NCBI GenBank assembly: GCA_046881825.1
Contig: JBKSMS010000011.1
Span: 8,604-72,603 of the forward strand
DNA length: 64,000 nucleotides
Reading direction: 5' to 3'
Source of the DNA: Alphaproteobacteria bacterium
Lineage (GTDB): Bacteria > Pseudomonadota > Alphaproteobacteria > Rs-D84
Position numbers and translations under genes: made by a program
The notes under the pieces: model-generated
Databases searched by the model: none
What the model was told of the DNA's origin: nothing
What the model saw: the letters and a program-made list of their open reading frames with translations, nothing else
Part shown: positions 18,534 to 27,008 of the stretch, piece after piece
Layout of the letters: each line of letters starts with the position of its first letter
How positions within the stretch are numbered: position 1 is the first letter of the stretch

Positions 18534-19616
18534 ATGTTAAACATAAGATTTCGTGATAAAACCAATGCCTGGCCAGGATTTGTAGATTTGTTTTCTAACC
18601 TGGTGATAATATTGATTTTCCTGCTTATTGTGTTTGTATTTCTTTGGACAACAACCAGTGTATTTAATAAAAACACTGGCACGGTAAAGCTTGCAGAATT
18701 GGAACAACAAAAACAAGCTCAGGCTGAACAGATTGAACAAATGACTGCTGACAGACAAGAAGCTGAACAACTTTTGATTGCAGCACGCGATGCACTGGTC
18801 AGTCAAGAAACCATGATTGAAAACCAAGAAAATTTGGCAAATGCTTACGAAGACAAAGTTTCTGAATTGACTGCACAACAGGAAGAATTATCTCGTCAAA
18901 TCACTGAATTAAATGAAAAATTAAGACTGGCAAATATTGAAAAAGAAGCCCTGGTTGACCAAGGTGCTACGGACAGACAAGATATTTTGGATCAGGCTAA
19001 TCTTGAAATAAATGAATTAAATACGCGTATTGCTGAATTGGAAAAAACTTTGCAGCAAGCAGAAGACATGGCGAAACAAAAAGAAGTTGAATATACAGAA
19101 ATGTCAAACCGCCTTAATACTGCATTGGCTGAAAAAGTCGCAGAATTAAATTCACTTAAACAGTATCAATCTGCGTTTTACAAACAGGTTAAAACAGCAT
19201 TGGGTGACGATACTTCCATCAAAACTGATGGTGACAGATTTATTATCCAAAGTGATATTTTGTTCAGCAGTGGCTCTTATAAAGTTTCTGCTGATGGGAA
19301 ATCACAATTAAAAATATTGGCGAACATTATCAAGGATATGGAAAAGAAAATTCCAGAAGATATTGATTGGATTATCCGTATTGATGGTCACACTGACAGC
19401 AAACCTGTAATTCCTGGAACTACTGCTTATTGGAATAATATGCAATTGTCGCTTTTGCGCGCGGCATCTGTGGCTGATGAATTGATAAAACATGGTGTAT
19501 CCAGACCAAGATTGATTCCAACCGGTTTTGGTGATATGTATCCTATTGTTGAAGGCAAAGACGCGAAATCTTTGCAAAAGAACCGCCGTATAGAATTAAA
19601 ATTAACAAACAAATAA
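18534..19616 (+). CDS. MotB-like protein: N-terminal TM plug, long coiled coil, C-terminal OmpA-type peptidoglycan-binding domain
   Basis: WPGFVDLFSNLVIILIFLLIVF has the conserved Asp before the TM helix. About 170 aa of E/Q/L-rich heptads follow. OmpA_C motifs: IRIDGHTDSKPV, NMQLSLLRAASVADELIKHGV, NRRIELKL. Confidence 0.85.
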   Translation: MLNIRFRDKTNAWPGFVDLFSNLVIILIFLLIVFVFLWTTTSVFNKNTGTVKLAELEQQKQAQAEQIEQMTADRQEAEQLLIAARDALVSQETMIENQENLANAYEDKVSELTAQQEELSRQITELNEKLRLANIEKEALVDQGATDRQDILDQANLEINELNTRIAELEKTLQQAEDMAKQKEVEYTEMSNRLNTALAEKVAELNSLKQYQSAFYKQVKTALGDDTSIKTDGDRFIIQSDILFSSGSYKVSADGKSQLKILANIIKDMEKKIPEDIDWIIRIDGHTDSKPVIPGTTAYWNNMQLSLLRAASVADELIKHGVSRPRLIPTGFGDMYPIVEGKDAKSLQKNRRIELKLTNK

Positions 19617-19665
19617 AAAATTAAAGCATTACAAAAATGCGTTTTTGTGATAGAATAGTATTATT

Positions 19666-20622
19666 ATGAGACGTTCTGTCATGGCTTTTTGTGGTGTGTT
19701 GTCTGCTGTCCATGTAGCATATGGTGGGTTGGTCGCAACAAAATTCCCAGGAACCATACAAGATTTATCTTTTGAAAGTCGTATGGAAAACATAGCTGAT
19801 GGATATAAACCTTTTTTGGATAAAAAGGCGTACCAAGAATTAAACATTGTTCCAGGAGAAGAAATTTATACCGACCATATGATTGCGGTTGACGAAGCAA
19901 ACATTGAACCCCAAGTTCAAGATGCACCAACCGTCCCACCATCACAACCAATCCCCACACCACCAGCAGCAATGTATTATTCAGGTCAAACCATTGGCGG
20001 TGGCGCAGTTATTGAAAATAATTCAATTACAGGTGGCTCTTGTTATCCGGCTGACCACGACAATCATTTTGTAAACAAAATTTTAACCACAGGCAGATAC
20101 GAATCTGTTCATCCTGCTTTGGAAAAAGGTTTGATAACAATATTTCGCAAAGAAGGTGGGTGTGGAACAATCAAAAACGATCCTTGTGGGTATACTTGTT
20201 ATGGGATTGGTTCTTCTCCAAAATGCACAGGTATCGTTGTTCATTCACGTGCAGAAGCAGAAGATGTTTATTACAACAGATATTGGAAAAAATACCATCT
20301 GGACAAATTGCCAGATGTAATCAGCACAGATATCTTTTTGGCAGGCATGGCAAGCGGTCCATCAACAGCATTATCACAATTTCGTGAATTTTTAGGGTTA
20401 CCACAAAGGCCTTCTGTTGTTGATGATAATGTGATTAACGCAGTAAAAAATTACAAAGGCGATATACACAATAATTGGCTTGATAAACGCGATGCTTTTT
20501 TACAAAAAGTTGCGCAACAACGTTACGGTGGTTCTGTAAGTCGCGGTTATAAAAACGCCATTGAAATAAAAAGAAAAAACGGATGCCACGTTCGTCCACA
20601 AAATCCGCTTTACCGTCAATAA
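19666..20622 (+). CDS. GH108-like peptidoglycan hydrolase (lysozyme-like), secreted
   Basis: Hydrophobic N-terminus and a Pro-rich linker. GH108-type core IFRKEGGCGTIKNDPCGYTCYGIG...AEDVYYNRYWKKYHLDKLPDVISTDIFLAGMASG, with extra Cys. Confidence 0.7.
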   Translation: MRRSVMAFCGVLSAVHVAYGGLVATKFPGTIQDLSFESRMENIADGYKPFLDKKAYQELNIVPGEEIYTDHMIAVDEANIEPQVQDAPTVPPSQPIPTPPAAMYYSGQTIGGGAVIENNSITGGSCYPADHDNHFVNKILTTGRYESVHPALEKGLITIFRKEGGCGTIKNDPCGYTCYGIGSSPKCTGIVVHSRAEAEDVYYNRYWKKYHLDKLPDVISTDIFLAGMASGPSTALSQFREFLGLPQRPSVVDDNVINAVKNYKGDIHNNWLDKRDAFLQKVAQQRYGGSVSRGYKNAIEIKRKNGCHVRPQNPLYRQ

Positions 20623-20680
20623 ACCAAAGGATAAAAAAAATCTGCTTGTTTATTATCATAAAAAAAAGTAAAATAAAAGC

Positions 20681-21640
20681 ATGGGAAAAAGATTGTCGTT
20701 TTTTTTAGTGTCTATGATTTTTGCATCAACTGCATTCGCGGCAAACAATTTTATTCCAAAGAAATTTACCACAGTCACTTCACATAATGATGTCTATCCC
20801 TATCGGCTGAATAACACGAAACCAAGCAACACCAATAAAAAAAATATTTCAACAAATACCATCGGGACCATATCTGCTTCACCGATTGGGAAACGCGGTG
20901 TTATCAAAAGACAAACTAATGCACGCGCTGCAACAACGGGCAATCAAAATTATTCAAACGATAATCGGCGCATTGTTCCGCGCAACAACAAAACGACTGC
21001 GCGTGTAGCGGCAAACACAAATTCTAATCCGCGTGTATATGACGGACGCAGTGTCCAGACAGTTTCGGCGCGTCAAACACCAGTTGCGAATCGTAATTCA
21101 AACACAGTGCGCACGGCATCATCTGGCTCTGTAACGAACGAACGCGTGTCGTCTCAACGTTGTTTTGCCGATTACAAAGAATGTATGGAAATGTATTGCC
21201 AGCGCGAAGATACAGCTTATAATCGCTGTTATTGCAGTGCTAAATTGTCCCAAATAGATTCGAAATATCAAAAGAAAATTGATGATTTAATTCAACAGAT
21301 AATAAAATTGCAATACAATAATCCCGACGCCACCAGTGAAGAAATCAAGGAATATTGGGATCAAACCATTGGTGTTTATACACACACAAATCCATGGGTA
21401 GATATTGAAAACGCTTTGAACATAGAATGGCCTGATTCACAAAGCCGTATTCGTGGTCAACAGGCATTTAATACTGGTCATGACTATTGTGTTCGCAATT
21501 TACGCGCATGCTATTATATGGCATCAAACATGCGCGATGCATACAAATCAGAAATTGCGCGCGATTGCGAAGCTTATGAAAAAACCTTACAAAAAATACA
21601 AAATGCTGCCGAAAGCGTGGTTGAAAGTTATAAAAATTAA
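20681..21640 (+). CDS. Secreted Cys-rich family protein (member 4)
   Basis: Signal peptide and an N/R/T-rich low-complexity region. The family signature follows: CFADYKECMEMYCQREDTAYNRCYCS, then a coiled coil. Confidence 0.8.
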   Translation: MGKRLSFFLVSMIFASTAFAANNFIPKKFTTVTSHNDVYPYRLNNTKPSNTNKKNISTNTIGTISASPIGKRGVIKRQTNARAATTGNQNYSNDNRRIVPRNNKTTARVAANTNSNPRVYDGRSVQTVSARQTPVANRNSNTVRTASSGSVTNERVSSQRCFADYKECMEMYCQREDTAYNRCYCSAKLSQIDSKYQKKIDDLIQQIIKLQYNNPDATSEEIKEYWDQTIGVYTHTNPWVDIENALNIEWPDSQSRIRGQQAFNTGHDYCVRNLRACYYMASNMRDAYKSEIARDCEAYEKTLQKIQNAAESVVESYKN

Positions 21641-21816
21641 TCGCACTTTAAATTATGTTCATAAATATTTCTTGCCAAATCATCGCTAATTGTTTCCCAG
21701 TCTGATACATGTCCATATATGATATCACAATTATAAATCGCCCTATTCTGCGATGGTGTATTTATCGCGCAAGAAGCGACGAATATCAACCACCCCAATT
21801 TTATAAACCGTATCAT
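21637..21816 (-). CDS. Small lipoprotein, o-spanin (Rz1)-like, overlapping the end of the upstream gene in another frame
   Basis: ATG behind AAGGAAA. MIRFIKLGWLIFVASC has lipobox VASC. The mature part is 43 aa with 3 Cys (the lipobox Cys plus two more). It overlaps 21743-21816 of the neighbouring ORF. Confidence 0.45.
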   Translation of the reverse strand: MIRFIKLGWLIFVASCAINTPSQNRAIYNCDIIYGHVSDWETISDDLARNIYEHNLKCD

Positions 21817-21970
21817 GAATTTTCCTTTTGTTTTGTTCAATGATTTGAATTTCTGTTAAATTATTTATCGCGTTTTTTTCACGACATTTTGCGTTTGTAA
21901 TATTAACCCCGTAAAAATAAGCGCCAAAAATCAAGGCGCTTATCGCTATCATTAAATATATTTTATTCAT
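21743..21970 (-). CDS. Small N-terminally anchored membrane protein, i-spanin (Rz)-like
   Basis: Start at ATG 21970 behind AAGGTGA; the track start lies inside the rho terminator. TM segment MNKIYLMIAISALIFGAYFYGV, then a charged helical region. Confidence 0.5.
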   Translation of the reverse strand: MNKIYLMIAISALIFGAYFYGVNITNAKCREKNAINNLTEIQIIEQNKRKIHDTVYKIGVVDIRRFLRDKYTIAE

Positions 21971-21983
21971 TGGTTCACCTTTT

Positions 21984-22010
21984 AAAAAATCCGCCATTTG
22001 GCGGATTTTC
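21984..22010 (-). terminator. Intrinsic terminator of rho
   Basis: AATCCGCC-AAAT-GGCGGATT followed by a T-run on the minus strand, directly after the rho stop. Confidence 0.7.
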
Positions 22011-22014
22011 ATTC

Positions 22015-23283
22015 TTATTGGTTCATCGCACTAAAGAAATCTTCATTGGTCTTAGTCAGTCTTAATTTGTCCAACAAAAATTCCATTGCCTCTAATGTTC
22101 CCATCGGATTTATTATGCGACGCAAAACATACATCTTTGACAAAGTTTCTTTTGACACCAACAAGTCTTCCTTGCGCGTACCAGATTTCGTGATATCAAT
22201 CGCAGGATACACGCGTTTATCAGACAATTTTCTGTCTAAAATAATTTCGCTGTTACCTGTTCCTTTGAATTCTTCGAAAACGACTTCGTCCATTTTTGAA
22301 CCAGTATCAATCAAAGCGGTTGCTATAATCGTCAAAGACCCACCACCTTCGATATTACGCGCAGCCCCAAAGAAACGTTTTGGTCTTTGCAAAGCATACG
22401 CATCAACACCCCCAGTTAAAACCTTTCCACTGGATGGGACAACAGTATTATAAGCACGCCCCAAACGGGTAATAGAATCCAGCAAGATTACGACATCTTG
22501 TCCAGCTTCTACCAAACGTTTAGCCTTTTCAATAACCATTTCAGCAACCTGAATATGACGCGTTGCAGGCTCATCAAAAGTGGACGAAATAACTTCGCCA
22601 CGAACACTGCGTTGCATATCAGTCACTTCTTCTGGACGTTCATCAATCAACAAAACAATCAATTTAACATCTGGATAATTAGTCGCAATCGAATGTGCAA
22701 TATTTTGCAACATAACTGTTTTACCAGTTCTTGGTGGCGCAACAATCAAAGAACGTTGCCCTTTGCCAGTTGGCGAAATCAAATCAATCACACGCGCGGA
22801 CAAATTGCGTCCCTTGTCAGTATCGTTTTCCACTTCCATTTTTAACTTTTCATCTGGGTAAAGCGGTGTCATATCATCAAAAGAAACACGATGGCGCAAT
22901 TTTTCAGGATTGTCACCATTAACGCGTTCAATTGTTTCCAAAGCAAAATACCGTTCAGATTCATTTTGTGGTGCCTGAATTTGACCTTCGACATAATCAC
23001 CCGTCTTTAATCCATATTTTTTTATCAAATTTGGCGATACATATAAATCATCTGGACCCGCTAAATAATTACTTTCCGGAGCGCGTAAAAAACCGAACCC
23101 ATCAGGCATACGTTCCAACACGCCATCACCAATCAAAGTAATAGATTTATCAGCCGCATAAACACGCATTACCGCGAAACGCAGCTGTTGAACATTTAAT
23201 TGCGAAGGATTTTCAATCCCCATATCTTCAGCCATCTTCAACAATTGTTGAGGAGACTTTGTCTTTAATTCATTTACATGCAT
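22015..23283 (-). CDS. rho: Transcription termination factor Rho
   Basis: N-terminal [10 protein letters not shown] domain, Walker [18 protein letters not shown], and the C-terminal [22 protein letters not shown] block. Confidence 0.97.
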   Translation of the reverse strand: MHVNELKTKSPQQLLKMAEDMGIENPSQLNVQQLRFAVMRVYAADKSITLIGDGVLERMPDGFGFLRAPESNYLAGPDDLYVSPNLIKKYGLKTGDYVEGQIQAPQNESERYFALETIERVNGDNPEKLRHRVSFDDMTPLYPDEKLKMEVENDTDKGRNLSARVIDLISPTGKGQRSLIVAPPRTGKTVMLQNIAHSIATNYPDVKLIVLLIDERPEEVTDMQRSVRGEVISSTFDEPATRHIQVAEMVIEKAKRLVEAGQDVVILLDSITRLGRAYNTVVPSSGKVLTGGVDAYALQRPKRFFGAARNIEGGGSLTIIATALIDTGSKMDEVVFEEFKGTGNSEIILDRKLSDKRVYPAIDITKSGTRKEDLLVSKETLSKMYVLRRIINPMGTLEAMEFLLDKLRLTKTNEDFFSAMNQ

Positions 23284-23407
23284 AAAAAAACCTTTTTGTG
23301 GAAACGCGAACGAAGAATTTCGCCGCTTAAGTTGTTATTATTATAGCAAAAAAACGCACAAAAGTCAAGTATACAGAAAAATATGGCCCAAAAGGACCAT
23401 TATTTTC

Positions 23408-23551
23408 TTATTTTTCTTCCGCAAAACCGGAATCTATGTTTACGCCACGTTTTGCAAATTCTGCAGCAAAATTAACCGCTTTCATTTTTTGCGTCGCGTT
23501 TTTCAATTTGGCGTTCATAATAGCATTTTCAAAAGATTCTTTTGTGTCCAT
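23408..23551 (-). CDS. Possible 47-aa small protein in the rho upstream region
   Basis: ATG behind AAAAGG. MDTKESFENAIMNAKLKNATQKMKAVNFAAEFAKRGVNIDSGFAEEK. Below the ORF-track size cut-off, with no homology recognised. Confidence 0.3.
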   Translation of the reverse strand: MDTKESFENAIMNAKLKNATQKMKAVNFAAEFAKRGVNIDSGFAEEK

Positions 23552-23649
23552 ATCGTTACCTTTTATGTTTCATCTCTCTTGAAATCGAGTTCATGATACA
23601 CTATCAGAGCTTTTTTGTCAAGTGTTTTGTCAATATTTTTTTACCACCT

Positions 23650-25530
23650 TTATTCACAGTTTTCACAATCATCTGTTTCGACATATTCTTCAACTATGAT
23701 TGGTGTTGGTTTTGGTTGTTCCATATATTGACTTTCCTTGACAACACGAACACGACGATTAGCCGCATTTGGTGTGTTGTTTGGGGTCGGAACCTTTAAA
23801 TCTTCTTCGCCCGCAGACACCGCAATAATCTGGGATGCTGGTATTCCATATTCAATTAACATCTTCTGAACAGCTTCGGCGCGACGACCACCCAACGCAT
23901 AATTATACGCATTAGAACCAGCCGTATCAGTATGCCCAACCACAGAAACCTTTATGTTCTTGTTTGCTTGGGTCGTAGCGGCCAATTGTCTAATAATACT
24001 GTCATATTCAGGTTTAATCGCAGCCTTGTCAAAATCAAACCTGATTTCAAAAATTTCTTCCATTATACGCTGTCTTGGCTCCAATGGAATCTGTTGAACC
24101 TTGATTATTGTCTTTTCAGGCTTTTGTGCAGGCGCCGCTGCTGGCATAATCGGTGTTGGCGCAATCACAGAAACAGGCGAAGGCGCTACATCAGACGAAA
24201 GCCCGACATTAACAGGATCGGTCTTTGAAGCAGATGCAGATGTAGCATCCACCTTAACTGGATCAGTCTTTGAAGACGATGTATTATTTATATTGATTGG
24301 CGCAGGTGTCGCCACAGCAGACGCATTTACCACAATTGGCGGCTGTTCCGGCAAAGGCGGCAAATTAATCGGTGCATTTTGATTACCAGGGGTTGAAACC
24401 TGAACAGATACCGGAACCGATATAGGTGCCGAGGCCGACCCATTATCCATGTTATCCAAACGCGCATTAATTTCAGCCAATTCAGAACGCAAAGCCAACA
24501 TCAAATCAATAAATTCTTCACGAGTAACATATCCGTCATATTCATGACGTTCAACACTTGCCTGACACTGATTGCAAGCTGGTGTTTCTGCTGCAACCGC
24601 CGGGGATGCCAAACATTTTTCACAAGGGCTTGAATCATCTTCTGAAACATTAAATGTATCCGCACCACCATTGACATTATCTTCACCACCATAGATATTT
24701 TGGTTAAAAACTATTGGTGCCACTTGTTCTTTTTCTTCGACAGGTCTAACTTGTGAAGCTGCTGGAACAGGTATCGGTTGAATTAAATTATTTGAAGCAG
24801 GAACATTAACATTGTTTATAATCATAACCCCATCACGAGAACGAGAAACCCCAGAAGTCGCACTTAACCGACGAGTTTCCGGATAATAACGTTCTTCTTT
24901 TGTACCATTTGGAGTATTTATAATTACACGGGTTTCTGATGCACTTGTTGCCGCCGCCACCCCGCCCGCTTGTGGATAAGAAGGCATGGTCGCCGAAACA
25001 GTATGATCACAATTGCCTAACACTTCCATAGTGGTTTGGAAACGATCTTGACATTCATGCGCTGTTGCATCTTGACCACTTGCCGCAGCAGATATCCAAC
25101 AATCGAATTTTGCCTGAGCTTCTGCAGCCAACTTTGGTTGTGCAGCCACAGCATCATTTCTTAATTCATCCATCAAAGCATTATACGCATTGTATATGGC
25201 AAATCTTTCATTTTCGTCATAAATTTTCCAATTATCTAAACTTTCTGGAAAAGGTGTTTCACCAGAAAAAGCACCGATTGCCTTTTGTGCAAACAATTCC
25301 CCGACATCTGGATGACCGCTGGTTCTGGCATTATACATAGCATAAGAACGATAATTCATCGCCAATTGATTAAGAAAAGATTCTTGGTGTGGCGCATCAT
25401 TAACATTTAACTGTTCGACATAATCAACGGTTGGCGTTTCATACATATCACCACCATTGGTCCCAGCACATCCCGCCAAGATAAAGCACACCAACAAAGA
25501 CGAAGACCATATCCAGCCTGTGTTTTTCAT
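23650..25530 (-). CDS. OmpA-family lipoprotein with a Cys-containing N-terminal domain and a Pro/Ala/Ser-rich linker
   Basis: Start MKNTGWIW...LAGC (lipobox) behind AAGGAAAGGA. C-terminal OmpA_C: VVGHTDTAGSNAYNYALGGRRAEAV...NRRVRVV. The protein ends ...DDCENCE. Confidence 0.85.
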   Translation of the reverse strand: MKNTGWIWSSSLLVCFILAGCAGTNGGDMYETPTVDYVEQLNVNDAPHQESFLNQLAMNYRSYAMYNARTSGHPDVGELFAQKAIGAFSGETPFPESLDNWKIYDENERFAIYNAYNALMDELRNDAVAAQPKLAAEAQAKFDCWISAAASGQDATAHECQDRFQTTMEVLGNCDHTVSATMPSYPQAGGVAAATSASETRVIINTPNGTKEERYYPETRRLSATSGVSRSRDGVMIINNVNVPASNNLIQPIPVPAASQVRPVEEKEQVAPIVFNQNIYGGEDNVNGGADTFNVSEDDSSPCEKCLASPAVAAETPACNQCQASVERHEYDGYVTREEFIDLMLALRSELAEINARLDNMDNGSASAPISVPVSVQVSTPGNQNAPINLPPLPEQPPIVVNASAVATPAPININNTSSSKTDPVKVDATSASASKTDPVNVGLSSDVAPSPVSVIAPTPIMPAAAPAQKPEKTIIKVQQIPLEPRQRIMEEIFEIRFDFDKAAIKPEYDSIIRQLAATTQANKNIKVSVVGHTDTAGSNAYNYALGGRRAEAVQKMLIEYGIPASQIIAVSAGEEDLKVPTPNNTPNAANRRVRVVKESQYMEQPKPTPIIVEEYVETDDCENCE

Positions 25531-25621
25531 GTTTAAATCCTTTCCTTTTTTAACCACATACTTACATTATTATACAAATTTTTGAAAATTTAGTAAAGAG
25601 AAAAAGCATGTGTTTATAAAT

Positions 25622-26440
25622 TTATTTATCTAAAACTTGTCCAGCCATTTGTCCCAATGATGGCAACATAGATTTTATATCCCCAGAACCACCCATACTA
25701 GAAACAGCTTCCAACACTGATGCAGTTCCAGCCGCCCCAGTAGTCTGACCAACACTACCCAAAGTTTGTGTCAAGAAATTACCAGCCAATTCACGACGAG
25801 CGGCATTTAATTTACCCGGTGCACATTTATTCATTTTTTCTATTAATTTAGAAATTTTTTTTGCTTCTGCTTCTGTATAATCTTCCTCTGTAAACGGGAT
25901 TTTTGCGAACACATCATAAATATTTGAAATATTCTTACAATTTTTCTTGCTTACCGTGTCACATATTTCTGCCTTGCTGGCTTTTGGGAAAAGATACCAA
26001 ATTGTGCCTTCATCTTCTTTTGAGGAAAAATTTTCATAGCAACTTTCGTTTTTATCAGCAAATTCCATCTTGCTCGCATAATAATTAGCATAGTTGTGTT
26101 CCTTGTCAGGTCCACAAGGGTCACCCAACCCACTTTCCGCAGAACTTACCGTTACAGAACCAGTTTTTGCCCATTCTTTGACCAAATTGTTAACGGTTTC
26201 TATTTCACTGGCAGTCGGCGCACAATCAGCAGTTAATTGTTGTTGTTGCGCACTTAAAGCCTTTACATTACTGACCAACCCAATAACTGTTGGTAATAAA
26301 CTTGTTGCGGTTTCCAGCTTGTCAACCTGCTTGGTCGCGACCGGCGCAGCCTTTTTTACCCCCGTGTTTTTGACAATAACAGCCCCCCACGACGAAGTCG
26401 CACAAACGACAGCTATAAAGATAAAAAGCAACTTTTTCAT
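25622..26440 (-). CDS. Secreted hypothetical protein (7 Cys, Gly/Ser-rich C-terminus)
   Basis: Signal peptide MKKLLFIFIAVVCATSSWG. Lies directly upstream of, and co-oriented with, the OmpA lipoprotein. No domain recognised. Confidence 0.7.
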   Translation of the reverse strand: MKKLLFIFIAVVCATSSWGAVIVKNTGVKKAAPVATKQVDKLETATSLLPTVIGLVSNVKALSAQQQQLTADCAPTASEIETVNNLVKEWAKTGSVTVSSAESGLGDPCGPDKEHNYANYYASKMEFADKNESCYENFSSKEDEGTIWYLFPKASKAEICDTVSKKNCKNISNIYDVFAKIPFTEEDYTEAEAKKISKLIEKMNKCAPGKLNAARRELAGNFLTQTLGSVGQTTGAAGTASVLEAVSSMGGSGDIKSMLPSLGQMAGQVLDK

Positions 26441-26528
26441 TCTCTCTTTGCATGTATTATATCACAAAAAAAAGATTATATAAATATAAAAATTGCATTT
26501 TTATTTATAAATCGCTACACTGCATATC

Positions 26529-27008
26529 ATGCAACAAAATCGTCGCAGCTTTATAATATTTTCAAAACACAAACGTCTTACCAGATTGTGGCAGTTTTTC
26601 TTTACAGGCTGGGGGCTGGTTATGGTCGCTATTTTGGTTGCGGCACCATTTTTAACCAAACAGATTTTGTGGACACCAATACGCGCTGTGAATATGCGTG
26701 ATGTCGTGACAAACCAATTCAAAATGACTAATGCTTCTTTTTCTGGCACAGACAAAGACGGCAACCCTTTTAAAATTCATGCAACTTCTGGTCACCAAGA
26801 ATACGGCAAACCTGACATAGTTTTTCTTGAAAAACCATCTGGTATAATTACTCGTGAAACCAGCAAAGGAAAAATCACAGACAAAATATCTGCTATATCC
26901 GGTCAATTTAATCACAAAGAAAATATCTTGACTTTAATCGGTAATGTTCGCATAAATTCTAGTAATGGTGATAAAATAATAACAGATAAAATGGTGATAA
27001 GATTATGA
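26529..27008 (+). CDS. lptC: LPS export protein LptC-like (OstA fold)
   Basis: N-terminal TM anchor, then beta-jellyroll-like repeats (FSGTDKDGNPFKIHATSG, ILTLIGNVRINSSNG). There is a 4-nt overlap with lptB. Confidence 0.7.
   Translation: MQQNRRSFIIFSKHKRLTRLWQFFFTGWGLVMVAILVAAPFLTKQILWTPIRAVNMRDVVTNQFKMTNASFSGTDKDGNPFKIHATSGHQEYGKPDIVFLEKPSGIITRETSKGKITDKISAISGQFNHKENILTLIGNVRINSSNGDKIITDKMVIRL

Noticed and set aside
17366-19616. Zorya-type (ZorAB) anti-phage system.
   Set aside because: The MotA-like protein is only about 380 aa and lacks the very long ZorA tail. The coiled coil is on the MotB-like subunit. No ZorC/D/E-like genes follow, and the neighbours are a muramidase and a secreted protein.
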